Assembly: GCA_026025795.1 (NCBI GenBank)
Contig: JAPEUG010000075.1
Span: 1-55,046 of the forward strand
Source: Thelocarpon superellum
Taxonomy: Eukaryota
DNA length: 55,046 nt
Direction of reading: 5' to 3'
The translations under genes and the position numbers were made by a program. The notes beneath the pieces were generated by a model, which was not told where the DNA came from, did no database searches, and was given only the letters and a program-made list of their open reading frames with translations. Below, one piece after another: positions 13,376 to 24,847 of this stretch (position 1 is the stretch's first letter; each line of letters opens with the position of its first letter).

Positions 13376-16300
13376 GGTGAGAATCAATGGGAAAAGCACC
13401 GGTAGGGTTGAAGAAAGGAAGGAAGCGGTCAAGGGGGCGAAGAGTGGGTGAAAGACCAGGTGGAGGAGCAGCAGTACCAAATATATGCAGAAGGTGGGGA
13501 GACCGGGTCTCTGACGGAAAAGGTCCCAAAGTCGCCGCGAAGGTCCGGCATTCAGCCGGCAGCTTTAGTGGAGGTGACGGGCGACGAAGGGGCTCCGACG
13601 GGGGCCACGATCGGGACGGGGGCCAGGTGGGCGCCATGGCCGGGGGAAAGGCCTGGGAAGTTCGAGCGGAACAAAGTGACGGTGTGATGTCAAATTCACC
13701 ATGATGAGCCCTGGGTGGACCGAGCTGGGCTACGGATGAAGGACAGAGGGCCGTTCCTTCCTCGACATTGGTCAGGACGGACTGGATGCCCAACGATGGG
13801 CTGTCAGGGCACCAACCGAGGGGACCAGAGCGGCAGCGGGGTGACGACGTCCGCCCGTAGACGCAGCCGCGTTTCCGGCCTCCGCGAGCGCTACCGGGTT
13901 GTTGGGCTGCCACGTTTCTCGATTCGCCCCCTAGCGCCTTCCACACGGTTGAAGGCGTCGGTGGCGAGGGGCCACCCACGGTCCTAGGTACACCGAGGGG
14001 ATGGCGAGGGTCCGCGTTTGGAAATGCCTCGTGAGAGGGCGGAAGGGGAGCCTTCTCCAAAACTCGAGGAGGCGAGGCACCGGGGGCTGACTGCTCAAGT
14101 GCGGCGGACTGGATGGAAACGGGGGGTGGTGCCATCATTGCCATGTGACAATGAGCAGACAATCAGAGATCAGACGGCCAGACTCGCCGCGTCCTGGCAG
14201 CGGTCCCAAATACGGGGGAATATGGGCGGTTTGCCGGTCACACTCTACGGAGACGCGAGAGACGATGCCTGACGCATGCTGCTCAATCGGTCGCGGCAGC
14301 TGCCAACGTGCCGTAGCATCGCTTGCTGCTTTCCCCGCTTGGCAGCAGCGAGGGTCAGGGGTCGGAGACGAACGCCAGCCCTGTGCGGCGCAGGTACTCG
14401 TACCAGATACAAGCCGCCACGATCGGGTGCGTGCCATGGTTCAAGGGTTGCTTAGTCGACGGGTGCTCCGGGAGGGGGCTGAGTAGGGGCTAGGGATCCC
14501 CATCGCTGTCGTCGCAGCCGCCGTCCTCCGTGGCAAGAGAGAACAAAGAAAGTCGACGAGCGATGCGGAGATTTTCACGCCCCAGGGTTCTTCCACGGCC
14601 AGCTAGTGACGCGAGGCGGTGAGATTCGCCCTGAGCGGATGGTGTTGAAGGACGCCGTCCAACCTAGTTGGATTACAAGGGCGGTCGTGAAGGAACATCA
14701 CCACCGCCGCTCGCCCCGTCAAACCCAATCTGGGCGCCGTGGCGCTGCCGTGAGCCGTGGGTCGTGGGCCGCGGGTTGTGACTGGCCGTCCCCATACGGC
14801 AGACGGGCACGCTTCAGACCACCTTGAGCATCGCCGACGTGAAGCCATGCTCTGGGCCGGGGTCGGCCGCGGAATATGCCAGGCCAAGCGGTCGCCGATT
14901 CATGGGACACGAAGACCGACAACGGACGATGCAGCGGAGATCCAGCCGCGGACATGCAGCTTCCAGAGGTACTAGCTCGGGAATCGAATGCGAGGCAGGA
15001 GCCAAGCCAAGCCAAGCCAGGCCCAAGGCCAAGGCCCAGCTGCGGTCAATGTCGAAATGTTAGGTGCGGTGTGGACGAGTGCAGAGGGGCAGTCCTAGTT
15101 ACCTCGTGTCGGACGATGGCTAACTCCCCGTCGGTCAAGCCGCTGCAACAGGGTCGAATTGAGTTTGGATGTTTCGCGAGATGCTGCACGCGTTATGTCC
15201 TAGTCGGAGGCTGAGCGTGTGGGAAACACGGGGCGTCCTGGCCCAGCTCACCAAGCTCGCCCTCGCCACGTTGTTTCAACCACATGCTACGTCGTCCTCT
15301 ATAGCACTTCGTGCTACGGAGGACTCGACACCAGACTACTCCCACTACTCCCACTACTCCCACTAACGAGTAGTAGTCGTGGTAAGAAAGTAGTCACAAT
15401 ATTCGTTGAGATACACCCCCAGGACTTACGAATGAAGGCACGGAATGCCTGGCACATACCACAACCTCCCGATTTGCCTCCGTGCCTCGCCCCTGGTGGA
15501 GCGCAGCGCCTTGTCCCCGGAGATGCGGCCCCCACCGCTGCGCACGACTTTACTCCGTGGCATATTGGGACTTTGGTGCGTGGGAAACGGCAGAAGGCAG
15601 GACGTCGTCTTCTCCTCGCTCCTGGAAACGCACCACATGACGCCAGCGCCCAGACACATCTTGCCTGCTCACTAAGGCTTGTCGGCTCCTCTTCAAGACT
15701 CCCTAGCTGACGGTGCGGCGGTGTCGATTCGCGCGGCGGTGCGGCTGGCTCGCGGCTCACCGTTCCCACCCGGCCAGACCGACATCTCGCCGGCAGCACA
15801 ATTCTTCTGACGGGTAACTCGGCGCGAGAGGGCGCCCCTCGTCGTCTCTCTCACGCCAGCCAGAGAGCTCGTGAGGAAGCGTGGTGAACGAGCTTTCAGA
15901 GGACGACGAGGCAGGATCGGGCTACATGGACTTGACGATTAGGTCTCCATGCATCATTGGCTGTCAGGCATTGACTGTCAGGCATGCCTCGCACTTAAGA
16001 GACGGTTCGTAGGTCCCAGAGCGACCTTCGTCTCAGATGCATTAGCGGCAAGGTTTGCATCGAAATTCATCCGTCAAGAGACCCATAGACTGGTGCAAAG
16101 AGCAGGCCCGGCACGCACGGCCAGCTTGACTTTGGCGCCGTGTTGCATGATCGAATGAGGTCGAGCGTTGGTGGCGGTGACCACCTCGCCGCCGGGGTTG
16201 TCTCCTCGCACGCATCCGAGCTTAGGTCTGCCTAGCCGCCCGGGTACTCATCTCACTGGCCTGGGCGTGCAACAGGCTCCATCTTATCCGGACCCAAAGC

Positions 16301-17030
16301 TATTCCTCGATCCCACCGGGCTCGGACCGGGTAGGGTAAAATGCTGACTAGCGGACTCCGGCGGTCCAGGCTCGCATGTTGCGGATGGGCGTGCGATCCA
16401 AGGAACGACCAGAGCATCGCCCTGCTGTCCATGTCTACTCGGGGCGTGGAGGATCCCGGACTGGACAAGCGGCGGCCGCTGTCAGGGCTGCAGCCGGAGC
16501 ACGACATTTCCCGGTGTCGCGCCGTCGTCTGGAACCGGGCGGACGGTCCCTTCTGCTGGGACGGGCGTCGGAGCCCGGCCGAGAGGGCACCGGACGAGCT
16601 CAGGGTTCCGTCCCGGCCATGCCCTCGTCCTGGGGGGTTGACGGCCCTCACGGGGGCAGCGAGGGTCGGTCGAGGGAGCGGTGGCGGATTTGACTTTGCT
16701 GCGCAGGCGTGGTCAGAGGCGCGCCTCTCGTCAGAAGTGACCACAGCCCACGGTCCGCGGACTGTGGTGTGCATCCGGCCCCTTAGCGGCGTATGCAGAA
16801 AGGTCCCCGTGTGCAGGTGGATGCGGTGCATGATGTAGGGGTGAGATCTTCCGATTGAGCTATCTTGGTGACGGCGAGACTTGGCCTACTTGTACTGGGT
16901 ACGTGTGACAGCGAAGGAGGCATACGCGGCACACTCAGAAGTGGCGGAAACAGCAGCAGTGGCAGAAGTGGCAGAAGTGGCAGAAACAACCGACGTCCCG
17001 TCGCGGATCCGCCACGAGGCCGACAGTAGC

Positions 17031-19336
17031 CTACGTTTGGCTCGCGTAGTGGACCTCTCCTCTCTCGCCCACCGCCGCCTCGAGCGTGCCTTGGTGATGC
17101 CTCTCCGAAAGGAGGATCGAGCGATTGAACACCTGCTCCGCGGGTGGCACGTCGAGCGCGGGATTTTTGTCGAAGAAATTGACGGGCTTGAAGCTCACTC
17201 TCATCGTCTCTGACGACATGACCTAGGTGCACGTCAGTCTCGGTCTCGCCACCACGGGCCCACGGTCCACAGGCGGGAGCGCTGACGGGAAAGTCTTCGA
17301 TGCGTGGGATGTGATTGATGCCAAACTGCACCCAAAGGACCACGTCGGCGTCCTTGACGTTGTCCTTGCGGTCAGCCCAGCTCCGCACGCCCATTCCACC
17401 GCGCGACTGATTCGTGTATCGTCCCCCAGCGTACAGTTCGCCCTCTCGGTACGCCGTCACGTAGACGGAGTGGTCAGCAAACTCAGCCCGCCGGTGGTGG
17501 AAGCTCTCCGGGTCGGCCAAGATCCTTTGGAACGCGGGCGCCTGGATGCGATACGCGACCGGCTTATGGTTGACGGCATTCCGCACGGCAACATTCTGAA
17601 TCTTGAAGACGCCACCGCGCGTCGCGTCAGCGTCGAAGCCGCCCGAGGCCTCCAGCACGGTCTCTTGAACGACATAGCCAACGCCGTGTGGATTCAAGAC
17701 GGGATCGCGCGCCATGGCGTGGGCCTCGTCGTACACGACGCGGTTCAAGGGCCCATCCAAGGCCGGATCGACCCGCAGCGAGAACAGGTGCTGGTGGTGA
17801 CTGGCGAGCACGCCGGGGTGCACCACGGTGCCCCAGGGCACATCCACGCCGTCGTCGACGGGCTGCGTGCTCAAGACTCCCGTCGCACGCACCTCATACG
17901 CGAACTCGGCGGCTTGGTTGAAGACGAAGGCCAGGATGTATTCGTAGTTGGCCACCGTGATGATGCTCTGCAACACGAGCTCGCGGTTGCGGACGAGCAC
18001 CGCCCGGCCAGTACGATAGTTGGTATGCTTGAACCCGATCCCCGCATCCTGTTCATGCAGGCACACCGCGTTGTTCAACTTCAGCGGTTCACCTTTCTCA
18101 TCCACGACAAGTCCATCGAAGTAATAGATGGACCCGAGACAGTCACACCCAAGCCGGAGATCGTTCGCCATGACGCCCGCGCCAGCATCGCCGAGATCGA
18201 AGGCCGACTTGCGGTGAAAGGGATTGCGAGGGTCGGCGTATGGGATGTTCATGTCGGAGAGGGCGACGCGATAGAACAGGCTCCGTCCATCATAACGCAC
18301 CTCCCCCAACGATCAGATGCTGACCACATGGACAGGCCTCGAGCTCACGTACATTGTACAACACCATGCCTTCGCGGGCATTGAAGCCAAGCTGAAAGGA
18401 CCACTTTTGCCATTCGACAAAACGCCCAGTCTCCCCTTCGTGGTGCACGCGAAAGCTCGCACCCTCGGGTTGCACGACGTGCAGCGGCTTCAGATCTGTC
18501 CGTAGCTGCTGACGTTCGGGAAGGTATTCGTTCGCTGGTCGGAGCTGATAGGGCTGGGTCTCTTTGACCGTGGCATCGCGCCCTGTGGGGAGCTTATCGA
18601 TGCGAATGACCTTCCGCGTCTCCGTGTCAATGACGGGTGAGATGGCCAGAGGCAAGGCGTAATGATTAGAATCCGGCTCGGAGGGATGCATGGGATCGCG
18701 CATGTAAAGAAAGCACTGGTACCGTCTCCTGTCGTCTTGCACACCATCTGACCCATAGATCCATGGATCGCTGATGACGACGGTGCCTGCAGGGAGCTTC
18801 AGCTTGGCGATCTCAGCCTGAACGCCATCGTCTTGCAGGGCGATGCGCTCCATGTCCAAGATCTCGGCGCCATCACAGGCCCCATGCTGATTGGGCCCGA
18901 GGCGGACCGTGGACTCAATGGTACCGGAGGAGAGGTTGATGTGGGCCTCGTGAAATTTGTCCTGAGACACGCGTTAAGACTCGTTCCAATACCTAAGCCG
19001 GGGAAGGGGGGATGTGGATGTGGATGCAGCAGCTGAGGCAAGATGACCCACGGTATTCAACAGATAGTACGCGACGAAAGCTCGTCGAGCGATCGGCAAG
19101 GGGCTTTCGCTGCGAAGGGTCGCCTCAACATAAGGCAGGATTTGTTCCTTGGCCGGCTCCAAGAGCGTGATGGACTTGAAACGCAACGCGACCTCGGGCG
19201 GATAGGTCTGTCGAATCAATAGCGCGCTGGCGATGATCTCCGACGCCGTCAGCGGAGCCAAGGGATGGTGCTCCGGCTGTGCCGGCCGGGCAGCACGGCT
19301 CGGGCCGCCATTGGATGGGTTTCCGGATTCGATCAT
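17031..19336 (-). CDS. Copper-containing amine oxidase (TPQ-dependent), about 699 aa
   Basis: Exons 19336-19052, 18961-18353, 18300-17287, 17222-17031. N-terminal HPLAPLT, DLRLGCDCLG, TPQ consensus TVANYEY, Cu-binding HQH and GINHIPRIEDFPVM. Confidence 0.95.
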
Positions 19337-19469
19337 GGTGTTTGCTTCTCCCAATACGAGGGCGTCAATCGGTTGTGCGGGGCAGTGCGAAGCTCCCACA
19401 ATGCAGCTGAAGACCCCAAGAGCGTGTCCTGGAAGTATTCAACACGGCACGTTGGGCACCGGGCAGCGC

Positions 19470-19626
19470 GATAAGCAATGCAAGTCCAGCGCCATTTGAC
19501 GTGACTACGCACAACGCCGTATTAAGTCTTATGTACCCGGTACCCAGTGCCTGGACCAAGGCCATGTAACGCAGACCAGGCCACACGCTGTCCTTACCCA
19601 AGGGCGACAAGCGTCGATGCGATAAT
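19470..19626. promoter_or_regulatory. Two GATAA motifs upstream of the amine oxidase (possible AreA/NIT2 sites)
   Basis: GATAAG at 19470-19475 and GATAAT at 19621-19626; short motifs that may occur by chance. Confidence 0.3.
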
Positions 19627-19850
19627 TGTGCATGGGACGAGGCAGGGATGCGATCGACATGCATGGCTAGTGTGAACGACGGAGACGGTGGCTTGCTTGG
19701 CTTGCTTGGCTTGCTCGACCTCCATCCTCCAACCGGTAGGGGCGTGCATGTTACAGGTCATATCCACGCCGAATGGAGGCGGCGGATACGATGCATCTAT
19801 ACTCTAGTAAGTAGGGGCGTCGTTTTGCAAGTACAGGAGGGCGTGCCCGT

Positions 19851-19878
19851 CCGTGGTCCGTGGTCCGTGGTCCGTGGT
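19851..19878. repeat. (CCGTGGT)x4 tandem repeat upstream of the amine oxidase
   Basis: Four perfect heptamers read directly. Confidence 0.9.
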
Positions 19879-20523
19879 CTGCGCTCATCGGAGCTTGAGG
19901 TTGTGCAGGTGTGAAGTGTACGAGTAGTCGTACGACGGGTATGACCAGCCACAGGTGGGGCTTCAGCTAGGTCAGTCAGACCGCTCACCGCACCCTTGCC
20001 GGCCTCTAAGCAGGTCTCTCTAAAACTCTGGTAAAGTGTAGTTCCCAGCGCCGGGCAATATCCAAGGAGCGCTACCCATCGATTACGTATCTCGGTACCT
20101 CCAAATTGGTTCGAAGAATCCCAATTCCGGTAGAGTCTATGGGAAGCTACTTAGGAGCTGCTCCAACTGCATTGGCCCCCAAGTAGGAGCTACTTGTCGA
20201 CACCTTCGAATCCCTTTGAGAATCTAGTCCTGCTCTGATGGTATGGAGAGACACTGTTGTGGTGCCCATCGAGTTTGTGGTGTGAGACCCTCCAGAGAGG
20301 ACTTATCCTTTAGACAGCTGTCCCTTAGTCATGTTGCACTTGTTGCGGCCCACACCACGCCTCGCAGCTGCGAAGCAGCCAAAGAGCCTAAATGATGCAT
20401 CGCACTGTCCTCCAAGAAAAACAGGCTCCAGACTCCCGATTTCCTTATCCGCCGTTCGTCAACTCCACAAACCCCCCATCGACACGCGAACCAGCGCGCA
20501 CGCTTCCTGAATGATTCCGCGCG

Positions 20524-21111
20524 TCAGGCCCGGTGAATAGCCAACCAGACAGGCTTCTGCGTATCGCCGCGAGCCCCATCCCACCCAAACGACTCCAACG
20601 ACCGCATACCAGCCTCCGTTCCTTTGAAGACCGTCACGCCCTTGCCCCACGCGCCGTCTCCTAGCTCGATGCATTCAGACACCCCGACTTGCTGGTACGG
20701 TCCATCGCCGAGGTTCAGGGAGCGCACGAGCTCGTTGACGCTGATTCCGCAGGGCACCATCGTGATTCGGAATTGGAATTCTCGGAACGGCGTTTCGTAC
20801 GGGACGACGCCGTTCGTGATGATGTGCATCATGGTATGGGTGGGGTAAACGTATCCCATTCCCGGAGGTATCTCCGGCTGTGCTAGCTGTGGCGGTGGTG
20901 GGATGGCGAAAGGCGGTGCATCCGCGGGAGGAGGAGGAAGGCCAAACAGCCTCGGCGACACCGGTGGTCCTGCAGCTAGTGGTGCTGGTGGGGGAGGCGG
21001 GCCCGGCAGCGATACCGGCTGGACAAGCATCGTATAAGGGGGGGGCGGAGGCTGGCCATCATGGGTGATGTAGCGGGCCTCGGGCGTCCACGCAATCGGG
21101 TGTCCTGCCAT
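20524..21111 (-). CDS. Hypothetical protein, 195 aa: Pro-rich N-terminus plus compact C-terminal globular domain
   Basis: Intronless ORF from ATG 21111; C-terminal part VSECIELGDGAWGKG..GWDGARG..KPVWL is protein-like and resembles uncharacterised ascomycete proteins. Confidence 0.75.
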   Translation of the reverse strand: MAGHPIAWTPEARYITHDGQPPPPPYTMLVQPVSLPGPPPPPAPLAAGPPVSPRLFGLPPPPADAPPFAIPPPPQLAQPEIPPGMGYVYPTHTMMHIITNGVVPYETPFREFQFRITMVPCGISVNELVRSLNLGDGPYQQVGVSECIELGDGAWGKGVTVFKGTEAGMRSLESFGWDGARGDTQKPVWLAIHRA

Positions 21112-21599
21112 TTGGTTGGAGGGAGGAAGGCGAGAGTGACCGATTGGTGGAGGAAGTGGTGCTAGTCTGCTTCCGATTGTTTGACAATCGTGATTTGTCT
21201 CGAACTCGTCGTGCGGGCCAGCGTTTGATGAGCGATTGAAGCAACACAAGAGCGCAGAGGAGCGTGCGGTAGGGCCTTTATACGTCCACTCGGATCGTGC
21301 TATCACAAGCAACAACCCCACAGTATTTGGCACGAGAGTGTTGCTATTCACGACCACTCCGTCGCGGCTGAGAAGTGAGCCAAAACCACGTAGACAGGGG
21401 CCAGCCTGGCGAGTCACTATATGGTTGGCACAGTCACGGCGAGAGCGTGAAACACGGAGCATAGGTCGCTGAAACAAGGCCCCCGAGGTCGATTTTAAGT
21501 GACGCAGCCTCTCGTCACCCAGCCGCGATCATATAAAACCACAACGACCCGGACTCCGCTCGATGCGTCGGGTGGAAATATGCAGGCGGACAGGGTGCC

Positions 21600-24500
21600 T
21601 CAGCCTCCCGCAACAATCGCCAGACCCTCGTAAATCTTCCTCTTTACTGCGTAGAAGCTCCCCTCACGCCCCCGAGATCGCGAGACAGACGCAGGCAGGG
21701 TCAGTCCACCGCCTTCGACTGCGACCTGACCCGTCCCTGTCTTCTTCACCACGACGAAGCCGTCGATGAGCAGGGTACCCTCTCCCCGAAACTCAGCGGT
21801 GTGGCCGGAGCCTTGTAAGACCTTTCGGAGGTCCGCCAGGCGAAGATCACCAACGTGTAGAGGCTGAGCGACCATGCGGGTGGTCGCGGCCATCGTGGCC
21901 GGGAGCATATCGAGGACGGGCGCGGGGGCGTCGACCTGCTCGACCGGAGAGACGACCTCCACTGTGGTAGGCGTCGTAGGCCCGTCTGCCAAGGCCAATT
22001 TGGCCTTCTTCGGGCGGCCTCTCTGCAGCTCATCCCCAACCTCGGGCAGAAGACCGGGCGCCAGGACGCCGGTGACGTGAACCACTCCGAGACCGCGGAC
22101 GTTCTGCCAGTGAAGCTGCTTCGCGAGAGACTCACCCAACTTCACCATCCACGCGTTGGTGTCGACACTTGCATCCACAGACGTGCCATTCGTGGGGGTA
22201 AAGACATCGATTGTCGACCGTCCGACTGAGCTTCCGGCATTGGCGCTCAATAGCTTGCGGCAATCGGCTGCCAGAGACAAGGTCTCGTCGACCTGGCCGC
22301 CGACCAGGATCAGTTTGCGAGGTGCGATCAGCGGTACCAGCATCTGCAGACTTCGTTTGTCATGCACACCAGTGAAGTCGACAAAGGCGATGCGCAGATT
22401 GGCTCGCACAACCTCCTTGGCGAAAACGAGTTTCGCCGGGCCGACGATCGCTGGCACGTCTGTTTCCGCTTCTGACTCATCCTCATCCTCGTCCGTGTCA
22501 ACCTCCGTGGCCTCGTTCCTTTTGGTCGAATCCGGTTCAATGGCGCTCCCTCTACCCTGGACGTTCTGACGACGTTTGTTCGGTCCGGTTTCGCCCGGTC
22601 GTCCAACGATGGGCCGCTCTCGGCCCACATCGTTCCACTTTCGCTTCTGGCCCAGTGACTTTGACGCGCTGGCCGGCGAAGTGTGATTCTCTTCGTCCTC
22701 CGCTTCGTCACGCTCTTCGGCCTTGAGAAAGTCTTCGACTCGAATGAACTCTCCAAACTCATCACCTCGCCGTCGCTTCATGACAAAGGGGAATATTCTC
22801 TCCCGGCCCTTCTTGCCACGGACGTCGTAATCGTAGACGCCCTTTCGACGCAGGAGCACATTGATGCCGAGATCTTCGTCAGTCAGATTGATCTTGTTCT
22901 TACTCGAATGACCCAGCGTCGTGGAAATGTTCAGCGCCTTCCCTTGCCGCTCGGAGTCAGACAAGTCAGTGGACGTTGAAGTGCTCGAGGACGTATCATC
23001 GATGGCGTCCGCGGCCGACGTCCGCGCCGCCACGTCGCTTCCCGACAAAGTGTTCTGCAGCTGTCGTTGTGTCGCCAAGTACTGCTGATACAAAATCGTG
23101 TCATTTCCCTCCAACGGCACGCGGTGGGCGTGAGAAAATTCAAGCTCTTTGTCTGCCAGGTAGACTTGCTCCAAAACCTCTCCATCCGAGGCACGCTCAA
23201 CGGCGACCCCGTCGCCCCGCTCTTCCCACCATTGCCACAGCATGTCACGAAGGGTAGGGACCGCATCTTCGGCACGATCGACCATGCTTCCAAGTCGCTC
23301 GGTGAGAATGACCAGATTCCGCTTATCGCCGGCGATTTGACGCAGCACGTCCTTGGAGAACCCCCAGGCCAAGGAGTTGTCGCTGGCCAAAATAACCTTG
23401 CCGCTCGAGTTCAGCCCGTCGGCCGCTCGCTTCAAGATGCGCTCAATTTGCGAAGGCCGCTCGAGGAGCTTCAGGTGGCGGAAGTCAAAGGGGCCTGCAG
23501 ACTTGCTCTGACCGGCGCCATCGGAGCGGTCATTTCCTGGACCTGTTCCGGCACCGCGAGGATGTCCTTTCGGACGATTCGGCTGCTGGCGCGCACCTGC
23601 TGTTCCTTCGGCTTCCATTTCTCTGACGATGTTCTCATCCATCCACTCGAGCATGCTTCTCGCATATCTCACGGTCGCCCCGATGTTTCTACCGGCCAGG
23701 TAGAGTTTCGTCGCTTTGAGTGGATTGCCAGGGGCCACATCGGCAGCGGCAGCGCGCCACGCATGTTCCAAGAGGTATGCCAGCTCGAGGACGCGTGCAC
23801 TGGAGTCGGTCGGGATCAAAACCGTTCCTCCTTTGGTAACGGCCGTGCGGATCATGTCCAGCAGCAGCTCGTCTCGTTTCTTACGCCCACCTGCGAGGGC
23901 CACTTTCTCGGCACCCCGACTGCTGCAGACGAGCGCTGTGGGCTTGCGGAGTTGCTCGATGACCTCAGCGCCCCCTGTCCCGGCACCTCCGAGCCAGCTG
24001 GCACCGGCAAGGACATTCTCACGAGCCTGATTCCAGTCCACGGCGTAGACGATAGACTCCAGTCCGTGTTGAATATGCCAGATGGTGCCACCAAGCGTAT
24101 ATCCGGCCCCATAAGCGGTGATGGTCAGGCCATTAAGTGGCGGCGTGAAGGGTGATCCCAACGGCTGATGAGGTTGAGAGTACTTGAGGGGATGGATGAG
24201 GGAGAAATAGCTTGCGATCTCTTCGGACGTAGGTGGAGCCAACAGGATTTTGGAGCCATTGTCACTCGCCAGCGATGAGGTGTAGGAGAAGCCCGAGTCC
24301 GACTGAGACGAGGGAACGACGGTCGAGGCCAGAGGGGTCGAAGCGTAGAGATCCTGGAGTAGGGTCCGGCCGAGGGAAATGACTGGAGTTGTGGCGTAGA
24401 TGGGAATCCGGGTGAACAGTGGAAAGTGTTTGCAGCAGTGCGCAAAGGCGGCGATGTGAGCCGGAGTGGCGTGAGTCAAGAGGACGATGGAGACGGTCGG

Positions 24501-24847
24501 GACTTGTCTGCGAGAAAGAGCGTGTGAGCAGTGGATCTTGAAAGTCAGGATCGTGCGCAGCTTGAGTGTGACATAACGTATGGGCAACGTAAGGGGCCAG
24601 GCTAGGGGTTCAACAGAACCTTATTGATCTATGATATACCAAGACCGCATGGGACCTGCTACAGAACATCCTAGCCTGTCACAGCAAGGGAATCCTCGTA
24701 CCTTTCAAGCGCCTTCAGCTCCTCCGGGTTGAAGTCCTCTTTCCAGCCAACATCTATCAGGATCTTGACGCCTCCATCAAGCTCCAGTAAGGATTGAGAA
24801 GCAGGGGCCAGAGACTGAGCCCCTAGTAAAGGGGTGAAGGTGAACAT
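21600..24847 (-). CDS. CFT2: Cleavage and polyadenylation specificity factor subunit 2 (CPSF100/Cft2)
   Basis: Exon 1 24847-24702 MFTFTPLLGAQ..SQSLLELDGGVKILIDVGW; intron 24701-24508; exon 2 has LLTHAT, GGTIWHIQHGLESIVYAVDWNQARE, DSSARVLEL, LHVGDLRLADLR, AEFRGEGTLLIDG. Confidence 0.95.

Noticed and set aside
13376..17030. Many Arg/Pro/Gly-rich ORFs between the permease and amine oxidase
   Set aside because: Composition typical of non-coding GC-rich DNA; only short simple repeats found.
16783..17286. Apparent long C-terminal extension of the amine oxidase in the ORF track
   Set aside because: Artefact of reading through intron 17286-17223; splicing restores DFPVM..FKPVNFF..NPALDVP with stop at 17031.
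17227..18384. 385-aa plus-strand ORF
   Set aside because: Antisense shadow of the amine oxidase, explained by GC-rich codon bias; no motifs.
23067..24155. 362-aa plus-strand ORF
   Set aside because: Antisense shadow of CFT2.
24598..24678. Box C/D snoRNA or tRNA inside the CFT2 intron
   Set aside because: No proper RUGAUGA and CUGA boxes inside the stem and no tRNA A/B boxes; kept only as a generic structured element.
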